The translations under genes were made by a program, and so were the position numbers. A stretch of 32,355 nt of DNA from Guillardia theta CCMP2712 (lineage: Eukaryota > Protista > Cryptophyta): positions 704,380 to 736,734 of the forward strand of contig NW_005434646.1 of NCBI RefSeq assembly GCF_000315625.1, in the 5' to 3' direction. Of this stretch, positions 1 through 10,984 are shown piece by piece; the stretch's first letter is position 1, and each line of letters begins with the position of its first letter. The notes under the pieces were generated by a model. That model was not told the DNA's origin, did not search any database, and saw nothing but the letters and a program-made list of their open reading frames with translations.

Positions 1-951
1 GGGCAAGTCAGAGGAGAAGGAGGAGGAGGAGGAGGAGGAGGAGGAGGAGGAGGAGGAGGAGGAAGGAGAACCTCTGCGATGTGACCAGGACTTGCGTTGA
101 CCTGAAAGAGGAGGAGGAGGAAGAGCCACGTCAAAAAATATTGAGAAGGAGAAGGAGGAGATACAGGAGGAGGAAGAAGAGTTGGTAGAGGAGGAAGAAG
201 TGGGGGTGGTAGAGGAGGAGGAAGCAGGGGTGGGGGGTGGGAGGAAGGAGCTGACTTGTGTTGGACGCCCAGGCATGGGCTTGACGTTGGAGTTCTTCTG
301 CTCTTCCGCCATTCTCTGCCCGAGAACCGCGCGGAAGTTCTCAGCGACAGGCTGAAACTGAAGGAAAATGAGGAGGAGAGCGAGCAGAATGTGAGGGAAG
401 AGGAGGAGAGAGGAGGGAGAAGAAGAATGAGGGGAGGACGAGGAGGGGGTGAGGAGGGAGGAGGGGAAGAGGAGAGGAGGAGAGGAAGGAGGAGCGGCAA
501 AGAGGAGCGGAGGGGGTTCGGACCGCGTGCTCGGTGTTGGGAAGCATGGAGTCTTGTATGCTCTGCTGGAGGAAGGTCTTGAGGATGGGACTCTGTCTGT
601 CTCTTGCTCCCGTCCGAGCATCTGCTACAACTCCCTCCTGCTCCTGCGCGTCAGCGAGGAGGAGCGAGGGGAAAAGGAGAGACCTCCTTGACCCTGGTGG
701 GAGTCTCGAAGCCTGCGAAAAGAGATGAGGAGAGGAGAGGAGAGGAGAGGAGAGGAGAGGAGAGGAGAGGAGAGGAGATGGCTGCAGAAGAGGAGGAAGA
801 AGAAGAGGGTAGAGACAAGACGAGTTCGAGGAGGTGCAAAGAAGTAGCGAAGAGAAACAAAAAGAGGAGGAAGAAAAGAAAGGCAGAGGTCGAGCTCTAC
901 ATTAGCCAGCAGGACTACGGTATGAGTAGAGAAGCTTCTTCTTGTGTGCAT
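1..951 (-). CDS. Partial multi-exon gene of unknown function, running off the left edge
   Basis: Short coding-like exons between GT-AG introns full of (CCT)n/(CTCTC)n. By-eye splicing gives GFETPTRVKE|EQEGVVADARTGARDRQSPILKTFLQQSIQDSMLPNTEHA|PVAENFRAVLGQRMAEEQKNSNVKPMPGRPTQ|VNASPGHIAE. Start codon uncertain, no family recognised. Confidence 0.45.
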
Positions 952-3486
952 TGGTTGGATGGGAAGTAGCCTGATGGGGATGGGCAGGGAGCCGTCAGCG
1001 TGTCCGGCATGTGTGTCTTGCTGCCTGTTTCTTGCTGCTCCATTCTCTTGCTTGGGCGCAACATGAGGATGGAGGTACTGACAGCAGTGAGAGTGAAAAG
1101 GCCCTGGGCAGAGTCGCGGTCATTGGAGCGGGGATGGGAGGGGCTTCGTCGAGCTACTTCCTGCGGCGGCTTGTGGGCAGCGAAGTGGAGATCCAAGTGT
1201 TCGAAGCGGAGGATCGAGTGGGAGGACGATGCAAGCATCTGAAGCACACGGATAGCGCGTCCGGTGAGGAGAGGCTCTTCGAAGTCGGCGCCTCCATCAT
1301 CTTCGAGAAGAACCACTACGCGCGGACCATCTCCCTGGACCTCGGGTTGAACCACACCAGGTCAGGCGGGCGGAGCTTCGGGCTGTGGGACGGCAGCCGC
1401 CTCGTGTTCCAGTCGCTGCATCTCCCTTGGAACCAGACCAGGCCCTCCTCCTTCCTGACGTCCCTGGGCCTCATGGCGAGATACGGCAGGTCGCTGGTGC
1501 TGCTCAAGGCGCTGGTCAAGAAGACGTTGGAATCCTTCCTCAAGATCTACGACAAGCAGGTCCGTGACTCCTCCGCTCTTCGAGGAGGATGAGAGGTCCG
1601 AGCAGGAGGCTGCGGAGAGCTTCGAGACCGCTGAGGAGCTGTGGAGCTCGGTGGGGCTGTACCACCTGACGCAAGAGAGTCTGGGCGAGGAGCTGAAGCT
1701 TCACGGGTTGAACGAGAAGCTGATGCGGGAGCTGGTGGGGGCGGTGAACCGGGTGAACTACAACCAAGGTAAGAGGAGGAGCAGACGACTTCTCCTCGCT
1801 CACTGATCTCTAAGATAACTCGCTCAATGCGCTTGCTGGGATGGTGTCCCTCTGCCCCCTCGTCGCTGGCTCCGTGTTCGCCATCCGGGAAGGAAATGCA
1901 GCACTGCCCGGTGAAGCTTTTCCCTTGTTTTACTCCTGCTCTACATGTCCACTCCGTCTGTTTTCTCCCTCCGCAACTCCCCTCCCCTCCCTTCCCCTCT
2001 TGTTCTTTCTTCCTCTCCTCTCCCCTTGTTCTTTCTTCGGCTCCATCCTCCTCAACTTCCTTGCCTCACTCGAGGGCTGATGCTTCCATGCAGAAGCGAT
2101 GATCGAGAATTCAGCCGACGTGCTGAGCCTGAAGAAGAGAATCTCTCAAGTGACGATCAACACCACAAGCTTGTGAGCCAGTGGACTGAGAGGAATGCGC
2201 TGAATCTGTGTCAAGGGACCGAAGATACACCTTGTGGAGCGATGACAAGGAGGAGGGACAGTTCGACGCGTTAGTGTGAGGATTGAGGAGAGGAGCGAGC
2301 TAAGGTTGAGTGGGGCCTCGCAGGCTCGCGACTCCCTTAGAGTTGTCATCGATCAAGTTCGTCAAGATCGGCACGCAAGGAAAGGAGGGGGAGGCGCTTT
2401 CCGACGAGCATGACATGCAAGCAGGAGAAGAAGAGTTGGAGCTTGACCATTCTTCCGACATACTCTTTCGCACCACTCACTCCACGTTCGTGCAAGGGGT
2501 GTTGAACGCCTCCCGCCTGACAGGAGGTCGAAGGAGAGACGCGGCAGCCACACCCCTGACATGTTGCGGTGCCAGGAGCAAAGTGGCTGACCGGATGGTC
2601 GAGGAAGGCAGGAGCTGCGAGTCGGGTGCCCGACTCTATTTATGCAACGGAGGACTCGCAGGACTTTTTCACTTCCATCTCTCACTATGGGCACAACGTT
2701 TACAAGATCTTCAGCCCTCGCAGGTCGCGGGACCTTCCCTCGTGCCCCTCCTGCCCCTCCTGCCCCTCCTGCCCCTCCTGCCCCTCCTGCCCCTCCTGCC
2801 CCTCGTGCACTCCCTCCTCCGCCTTACCGGGAGCCTCCTCTTCGCTCTTCCTCTCCTCTTTCTTGCTTTCTCATCCGTTCGCAGGTTACTGAAGGACGAG
2901 ATCGACCAGCTGTTTTCAGTGTACGAGGTGCTCGAGGAGAAGGAGTGGAAGGTCGAAATGCTGTCGGTCTCTCGCCCCTCAACGTGTCTCAGGCCTACCC
3001 TCACTTCCGCCCTCCCGAGCAGCTCAAGTCCTTCCGGCCCATCGCAGGTGAAGCAGAGGCGGCGAGGGGACGAACTCAGTGGAACAGATGTGGAGCAGGG
3101 GAGAGGAAGTGAGGCACCCGGTGATGGAGGATGTGAAAAGGAGAAGGGAATGAGAAGAGCGCGGAGGGAAACTCGAGGAGGGGAAGGAGGAGGAGGAAAA
3201 GGGAAGGTGAGGTGATGACGGCTGAGCAGACGAGAGGATCTATTATGTCAACGCCATCGAGAAGGCCGTCAGCGTGAGACTTGAGGAGACTGGGGAGGAG
3301 GGAAGGGATGGTGTGCTTGACACGGATGAGCAGGCTGTGGAAGTGTCAGCGATAGGAGGAAGGAATGTGGCGTTGATGCTGTGCAGGTGAGTCAGGTTTC
3401 TGTGTGTGATCGCATCTTCATTTCATCTCAGCGACATGTTCCCCTCTAAGTGCTCCAAGTCGACCCAACAACGAGAGGAGCTCTAG
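922..3486 (+). CDS. PCYOX1: Prenylcysteine oxidase / farnesylcysteine lyase (PCYOX1/FCLY family flavoprotein), multi-exon
   Basis: Signal-peptide-like CLAACFLLLHSLAWA. FAD-binding RVAVIGAGMGGASSSYFL...VFEAEDRVGGR. Family motifs FEVGASII, ELVGAVNRVNYNQ, NALAGMVSL...VFAIREGN and C-terminal IYYVNAIEKAVS|AVEVSAIGGRNVALML. Last exon (3432-3486) reads SDMFPSKCSKSTQQREEL*, a KDEL-like end. There is no in-frame ATG directly before 1011, so the ATG at 922 plus a short intron is a tentative start. Confidence 0.9.
2742..2803 (+). repeat. 9-bp tandem repeat (CCTGCCCCT)n inside a PCYOX intron
   Basis: About 6-7 copies, directly visible; source of the PLL/PSC/PPA artefact ORFs. Confidence 0.85.
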
Positions 3487-3594
3487 CTCTGCCTCGCTCC
3501 ACCAGACCACTCACTAGCTCTTCCTACGTTTACTCATTCAGGAAAATTGATGGCAACGGCGACGCTCCTCTCCTCTCTCTCTCTCTCTCTCTCT

Positions 3595-5863
3595 TCACAT
3601 CATCCCGCAGCCCCAGCCCGACCCCTTCGCCTTCCTTGTGTACGCCTTGTGTCTCTGAATCTTGCTCTTCACGTTTCGAGTCGCTGCTACTGAGCCCTTA
3701 GGGGCTCCCACGATGTTCTTGGGCGTCGCCATCACCTGGGGCGGCTCAGCATCTTTGTTTCCTTCCCCTTCCCCCTCTCTCCCCCTCCTCTCATCTTCGT
3801 TCTTCGCATCCATTTCCCTTTCCACTTCCTCTCACTCTTCTTGCCCTCCTCCCCTCCCCATACCGAGGCAGCGACTTGAGCAGGGGCAGCAGAGCTCGAA
3901 CTTGAGTCTGCGATGTACTTCCTCTTGGGCCTGCGAATTTGAAGGTCAGACAATGAAGAAAAGCAAGGGAGTGAGGACAAGCGCGAAAGCAGACGCTTAC
4001 CGGGGGATCAGATCTTCGGGATAGATCACATACGTCGACTCTCCTGGCTCGACTTTGATCTCGTCAGACCCCCAGAGCTGCTTGCCCGACGCGCACATCA
4101 ATGCGCCTTCCAGGATCACTTTGTTCTGAGACGGCCAGTACTCGTACACTCTCTGTATCTCACTCAGATACAACCCCCTCTACCTCCTCCTCTCCAGCGT
4201 CCTCGGACACCCTCCGCCATCAACTCACCTGCCAGCCCACAAGCGTCTTGCCATTGCGAACCTCGAACTTGTAGCCGTTGTAGTAGCCTTCCTCCTTGTT
4301 GAGCTTCACCTCCGACTTCTCGTCCGCATCTCCGATGATGAAGACTTGATTGAGCTGGCCCAGCGGGTGGAGACCGACCAACCCCGACACATCCTTCGCT
4401 ACTCCCGCCTTCTTCAGCGTGAACTTCGAGATGTCCGCCACGGGAACGAAGCCCAGAGGAGGCTCCACGGTTGCCACACGCTTATCGCCTCCCGTGTAGT
4501 CGACGATGGTCGATTCAGCAACCGAACCGTCGAACTTCTCGACGAGGATGGAATAGCCCACGTAGAAGCCCGGGGTTGTGATGATGTCCTTGAGGTTCTT
4601 CATCTCCTTCGACCCCAGTACAACCTCCTGGTACACCTTCTGCACAGTCCCCTTGACCTCCGGGAAGGGCTCGAGCTTGTACCCGGCCTTCTCAAGGCAA
4701 TCTCTCATCTCCATGATGTCTGCCTTGTTCCCGGACACGAACGGAAGCTCCACGTCCTGGGGAGTGCAGTACTCCTTGAGGATCAGCATACCTTGCTCGT
4801 CGTTGCTGAGGCCCAGCGACTTGAGGTCGATCGGTCTGTCGGCGAGAACGTGATCGCGCAGAGCGTCCTTGCCCTGGTCCCTCATCCCCTCCACGTCGTT
4901 CCAGTCGATGAGCGAGTGCAGCAACCAGTAGCCGATCATGACCAGGAACGCATAGCACCTGGGAACAATCTCGTTGAGCTCCTGGTTCTCGATGCTCTTG
5001 TCGTATTCAGCTCTCCCTTTCGTCAGCGCGTCCGAAGCAGTCTGGATGGCATGGAAGCGAGCTAGCTTCACGGGATCGTCGCCAACCTTGTCAGGATGCA
5101 GTTCGATCGCCATCTCGCGGAACACTTTCTTGATCGTCTTCATGTCTGCGTCAGGCGACACTCCAAGCGTCGCGTAGTGGTCGGGTATCTCAGGCCTCGC
5201 GTTCGCCAGCCAGCAGAGCCACTGGAGGAAGCTCTTGGGGATGGACTCCAGGTAGGAGGGGAAATACCAGGCCATGAGGCCGATGGAGAAGAAGGGGAAG
5301 CAGACAAGGAGGATGCCGACGACGAGGTAGAGGTGCTGCACCGGCTTCATCCAGAACCGCTTCTGAATCTCAGGGACGATCTGCAAGAAGAGGAACCCGA
5401 GGAAGATGTGATCGATGCCCTGAATGATCCACGAGGTTGTCAGACCTCCCAGCATCATCACGTACACCGAGATGTTGCCCCACGTCGTGTCCCACAGTGG
5501 CTGACCATGATACAGAGGCCCCTTGCTTCTGGCGGGGAACCAGAACCTCAGCATGGGGTTGACAAACGAAGAGAGAAAGAAGTTGAACAGCGATCGGGTT
5601 TCAGACTTCATCCAATGGCAGAAGGCAAGGAAGAAGAAGACGAAGGCGATCTCTCGCACCAGCTTGATCATCCATCCTCTCGTCAGCTCCGGCGAAACCT
5701 TGTGAGGCCATCCCCTCAGCTTCACTTTGCTCTTCCACTGCCGCACCACTCGTGACAGAAGATGCCCAAAGATGAAGGGTGTGTATAAGCCGAACGAGCT
5801 GATGTCACCACGCGCAATGGCTGGCCCGAAGATGAAGGCCATGCGCCACCATGATATCCCCAT
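3595..5863 (-). CDS. Multi-pass membrane DnaJ (J-domain) protein with C-terminal polybasic region and CaaX (CGMM)
   Basis: ORF 4220-5863 has several hydrophobic helices and a J-domain DHYATLGVSPDAD...LHPDKVGDDP...F..IQTASDAL...RAEYD (~5000-5185). GT-AG introns at 4153-4228, 3931-4000 and 3736-3863 keep the frame to ...KSKIQRHKAYTRKAKGSGWGCGMM* (stop 3595-3597). An extra 5' exon is possible. Confidence 0.85.
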
Positions 5864-6359
5864 GGCTGAGAAGCTCCGACCTCAAACCCCGAGACCAAGA
5901 GAGATTGCGCCAGCAAAGGAGGATGAGGCAGGGGGAGGAGAAGGAAGATGAAGAGGAAGGAGGAAGAGGACGAGGAAGAGGAAGAGGAAGAGGAAGAGGA
6001 GAGCGCACGGGACGAGAGTCTGTCGGCAATCAGGAGTCGACTCGCTTGGAGGCCGAGGAAGCACCACCCCCCGTGGTGCCCACCCCTACAACCCCCACCC
6101 CCTCACTGGTTGCTTTTCAGAACACTATGTAGAAGAACCCCGATAAAGACAATGAAATAGACCCGTACTTGATCACCCCTACCCCCATCTTTCATCGCAT
6201 TATGCCATGACAGCCCACCTGGCACTTGCTTGTCACCCTACCCCTCCATTTCACCTCCACGTGCAGAGGAAGGGGTGGGGTCTACAAACAGAACAACCTA
6301 CCAAAGATTTAACTAAAATAAATAATATTAAACATTAGTTATCTTTGAAGTACTCTTCC

Positions 6360-6401
6360 ATCCGGGTATCCGGGAGTATCCGGGAGTATCCGGGAGAATC
6401 C
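6360..6401 (+). repeat. 10-bp tandem repeat (ATCCGGGAGT) x~4 upstream of the 6454 gene
   Basis: atccgggt atccgggagt atccgggagt atccgggaga atcc, directly after an AT-rich stretch at 6305-6350. Confidence 0.75.
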
Positions 6402-6453
6402 GCGCGCCTCTTGAGGGACCATGGAAAGGAGAGGAGGTTGAGGGGAGAGGAGG

Positions 6454-7790
6454 ATGGACGAGTTTATGTCGACTCTGAGCATGAAGACCAAGGGAATGAG
6501 CTTGTCGCTCGTGGGGTTGGCGGCTGCTCTCTCAGTCTTGTTGGTCTGTACCGCTAGACCTTCGCTCCTTGTCTCGAAGCAAACTAGAGCGTTACGAGCC
6601 AAGCAAGCTGAGATCCGACTCGCCGACATGTACTCCATGCACTGCGACTGCGAGGACCAAGAGAAAGATGGGAATGAGGACGGATGCCCGTGTGCTGCGG
6701 CAGCCGCCAAGAACATCAAGATCGCTCTCGACAACGCCGTAGACCGACAGTTTGCCCCGCCCAACATGTACTACAGGACGAGGAACGGGTATGCCTACAG
6801 GCTGCGGGGGTTTCTGCCTCCTCGCCTTCACCTTCACGCCCATCGCGAGATTGCGCCCATGAGAGTAAAACTAGGCAAGAAGACCCAACAACGAGCACGG
6901 AAGCCCCTCCCAGACGTCCCGACCCTCAGGGTTCCAACAAAGTTTGTGAGCGACGTGAACCCTCGAGTCTTCTACCAGGCGCATCTCTCAAATGCTCCGG
7001 GGATGGCTGAGAGGAAGGCAAAGCTTCAGTCGCTTGATGAGCTGGGGTACAAGTATGACGTCGTGCCACTGGCGGATGAAACTTGGGATGGAAAGTCAGA
7101 CAAGATAGAAGAACAGGGAGGGGAGCAGCAAGGGGAGGAGGGCGAAGTCAACGCTGCTAAGTCAGGAGGGGAGGTTGATGACATTGTAGACTCACCTTGG
7201 TTCGCCGATTGGATGGATTACGCGGACCTCATCTTATCCGATGGAGTTCTGGATGAAGCCAAGCATGTCAGCGCGATTCCCCAAGAGCCTCAGCAGGCGT
7301 TGGTGCTGGTGAGATGCTGAACTGAAGCAGCTGTGGAGAAGGAGCGAGCTGACGTGCAATTCTTGCAGCCTTACCAGGAGGGGGAAGAGACAGACGCGGC
7401 CGATTGGTGAGATCGAGACGTAAGGAGCAACAAAACTGATTTACATATCAGGCAATACGCATACGATGATGATGCAGTTGTTCCCGTCCGAACTGTTGTG
7501 GTAGTGGAGGAGGACAACTGATTTGTCGTCTTATGTTGCTGCAGGGAGAAAGCAACTTTCCTGCTCTCGACGCCAACGTGAACTCACCAGGTGGGCTGAC
7601 GCGAATGAGCACGATGGACATGCTGACGAGCGGGTGCTTGACAGATGGAGTTCTCCTCGGGTACAAGGACCAGCCGGGTGTAGGTGAGGCCATGGCAGAC
7701 TTCCTGTCGGATCCTGTGGGAGAGCATGGCGAGTCTTCGGCAAGCTCTACGTCGGTGAACGGCTGGCTGACCGACAATTCAGCTTATTAG
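6454..7790 (+). CDS. Hypothetical protein with N-terminal signal/TM segment, probably 3 exons
   Basis: ORF 6454-7320 with LSLVGLAAALSVLLVC, a small Cys cluster (HCDCED...GCPCA), and basic then acidic regions. Probable further exons at ~7369-7420 and ~7544-7790 ending ...NGWLTDNSAY*. No family recognised. Confidence 0.65.
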
Positions 7791-8033
7791 AACGAGCCAT
7801 GGAAGAAGAGGCGAGGGGATAGAAATCATACCAGACAGCTCAGTTCAACCTAGGCATTTCATCTTAAAAGAAATAAAATTAAAAAAACGAGTTGACGCCT
7901 TGACTATGGACGAGTCTCACGTTTTGAGAGTTTGCTTTCCCGTGACCTTCTTCTCCACATGCTAAGCTCCAGTGAGGCTGTCCAACCCCTATGGCCGGTC
8001 CCCCTGCTCAATCTGTCGCATTGTCTTGCCACT

Positions 8034-9884
8034 TTACGGTACTTGCGTGTAGTACTGATTGAGCATGTCTGTCGAAAATGCAGACCCACTGCTGTTCTTC
8101 GACTTGTTCTGCGCTTGTCGGACTGACTCCTCGTGTTTCTTTCGCACCCACATGTTGATCAGGATTCCGACGACGCAGAGGCCGATGGAGACTGAGAGCA
8201 CGAAGACAGCTCCTTCAATGAGCAGTGTTGAATCGCTCTTGGGCCCTCCTCCGAACACGCATCCACCGTAGGAGGGAGCATTTGGTATGCACTTGGTGAA
8301 AATTCCAAAGACGCTAGAGCCAGTGTCAAAGATGACAGTGAAGTTCTGTCGCGGTGTTCCGACAGAGATATTCATGAAGTATTGAGTTTCCAGCTGGTTG
8401 TAGACAGGGATCTCATCACTAGCGAAAGAAACCGTGTAGCCCGGGGGTGCCTTGCTAATGTTCACTTGCCTCTTCTCGAACTGAAGCTTCTTGGCTTTGC
8501 CATAGAAGTCGAGAGGCTGGTAGTTAGGCTTCTGCTTGCCGATTCCGATCACGACACTGTGAGGGAAATGTTGCAGATCGAACATGACAAGGAAGCGTCG
8601 AAAAAACACGTCACCCACAAGAAGCCCAGGAAAGCCTGGAGGAGCTGGCTGGACACACGATTGGTTCGAGTCATCAAGGAACCAAGAATCGTAGGGAATC
8701 ACAAACTCTCGCCCAGCAATGTTGAGAGTGAAATCCTTTTTGAGCTTAGGATGTGTTGTGTCCTCGACAATGCTCTTCCAGGTAGAATAAGGCTTGTTGT
8801 CGATGAGACCGTTCAAGTCGCTGTCGGGCATCACCAGGCAGGAGGTACCACTGTCCATGATGGCAGGGACGTAGCGAAGCCTCGGATCTGTCGGCTTGAA
8901 CTGAAGCAGTTCGGTGTCACCATACTTGAGTGAGACAGCAACAACCGAGTAATCATGAGGAGAGATCGAGGGAGTGAGGAACATCTGGCCCTCAATCGCA
9001 TCAGGATCGAAACCCCCAAGATGGATCTCCGCCCTCTTGTCCGTCGAGAGGAACGAGAACGCCCGTCGCTCAAGCTTGTGCACTTTAGAATCATCATCCG
9101 TGCTCTGCTTCGTCAAAGAGAAGAGCAGAGGCATCGGAAGCGTAGCTGGTGGGGCGCCGCTCGGAGCCATGCCTGGCATGATGGACGTGGTCGGAGCTTG
9201 CGCAGGTTGAGCGGGAGGGGGCGACGGCAGACCGAAACCAACGATGCCATCGACGTCGTTGAAATCCGGGCTATTACAGTCGGTGACAGCACCGAAGTCG
9301 GCGAAGTCGTAGTAGTCGCCGAGCTGAACTATGTCGTTGGCCTGAAACCCTTTCAAGTGCGTATTGTCCGCATACCCGAGCATGAAAGCCTGTTGTCAAA
9401 ACGTCAGATGAGAAGACGCGGCAACCAAAACATGAGAGCAACGAGCATAAGAGTGGTCGATAAGATCAATGAGAGTGGTCGATAAGATCAGTCAAAGGGC
9501 GGAGAGATGCTGAGAGAGTCATCGGCCAACCTGGTGAGGCACCACTTTGAAGGTAGAGCTCAGGTCTGGGTTGTAAACAGTGCTGTTCTGAGGAACAAAC
9601 GCAATGGTGAATCCATCGCCTTGTGCTTCTTGATCTGCTTGTGCCTGCGCTGTGTTTTCTATCAGCGATGTGAAATATCCATTCGCCATGAGCGACGAGA
9701 GCCTTCCTTGTAGCTCAGCACGCCCTTCCTCACTTCGTGCCAACATTGAAAGTTGAGCTGCGGCCTCATGGTCGTGAGTGAGAGGCCTGAACGTTCGCAG
9801 TCTGCTAACAGCTTGAGCCTCGAGCAGGAAGCAGATCAGAAGCGCCAGCCGCATCGTCCCTCTCCCTCTCGCAGCCGCCGCCAT
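8034..9884 (-). CDS. Pepsin-like aspartic protease (A1), type-I membrane-anchored, apparently circularly permuted; 2 exons (9884-9531, 9389-8034), ~569 aa
   Basis: Signal peptide MRLALLICFLLEAQA. A1 motifs in this order: YNPDLSSTF, flap LGYAD, DGIVGFG, FSFL, LGGFDP, AIMDSGTS (8841-8855), LLVGDVFFRRFLVMFD, then IPVYNQLETQYFMNISVGTPRQNFTVIFDTGSS (8313-8327). These are followed by a TM helix and a basic tail. Intron 9390-9530 is GT-AG, phase 0. Confidence 0.92.
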
Positions 9885-10303
9885 CACCACCTCGAACCCA
9901 AAATAGCAAATCTTTTACCCTCGCACTACCCCCATGTCTCTATCACCCCATTTGTTTGTAACCCCACCCACTGAAAAATAGATGAAAGAGATATGATAGT
10001 AGGGGTTATATCAGCACCCCTACCTCCAAATTCCTACTACCCGGATCCCTTGCCCGAGAATAGAAAATGACCACCCCACCCCTCGTTTAATATCCTCAAT
10101 ACATTCACCAGGGGTGTCTTATAGGAAGAAGTAGAGGATTGACCCCTCCTTATCCCCCCACCCACCCTCCAGTTCTTCATATTTCAGTACCCTACCCTGA
10201 TAATTGATGATGAATGTAGGGGTGGAATAGAGCCCTCAGGACTCAGAGTCGGCCGCTGAGTCCGGGCCAGGCCGCGCCATGGCCGGGCGGGCCCCGGGGC
10301 CGG

Positions 10304-10984
10304 TGACTGACTGACTGACTGACTGACTGACTGACTGACTGACTGACTGACTGACTGACTGACTGACCAGTGACTGACTGACTGACTGACTGACTGACTG
10401 ACTGACTGACTGACTGACTGACCAGTGACTGACTGACTGACTGACCAGTGACTGACTGACTGACTGACTGACTGACTCACTGACTGACTGACTGACTGAT
10501 TGACCAGTGACTGACTGACTGACTGACTGACTGACTGACTGACTGACTGACTGACTGACTGACTGACTGACTGACCAGTGACTGACTGACTGACTGACCA
10601 GCCTGTGAGACTGACTGACTGACTGACTGACTGACTGACTGACTGACTGACTGACTGACTGACTGACTGACTGACTGACTGACTGACTGACCACTGACTG
10701 ACTGACTGACTGACTGACTGACCAGTGACTGACTGACTGACTGACTGACTGACCAGTGACTGACTGACTGACTGACTGACTCACTGACCAGTGACTGACT
10801 GACTGACTGACTGACCAGTGACTGACTGACTGACTGACCAGTGACTGACTGACTGACTGACTGACTGACTGACTGACTGACTGACTGACTGACTGACTGA
10901 CCAGTGACTGACTGACTGACTGACTGACTGACTGACTGACCAGTGACTGACTGACTGACTGACTGACTGACTGACTGACTGACT
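10304..10984. repeat. (TGAC)n tetranucleotide array of ~680 bp with periodic CAG interruptions
   Basis: Directly visible; produces the SQSV artefact ORFs. Confidence 0.97.

Noticed and set aside
4346-5755. Long plus-strand ORFs (239 and 219 aa)
   Set aside because: Antisense shadows of the GC3-rich J-protein exon.
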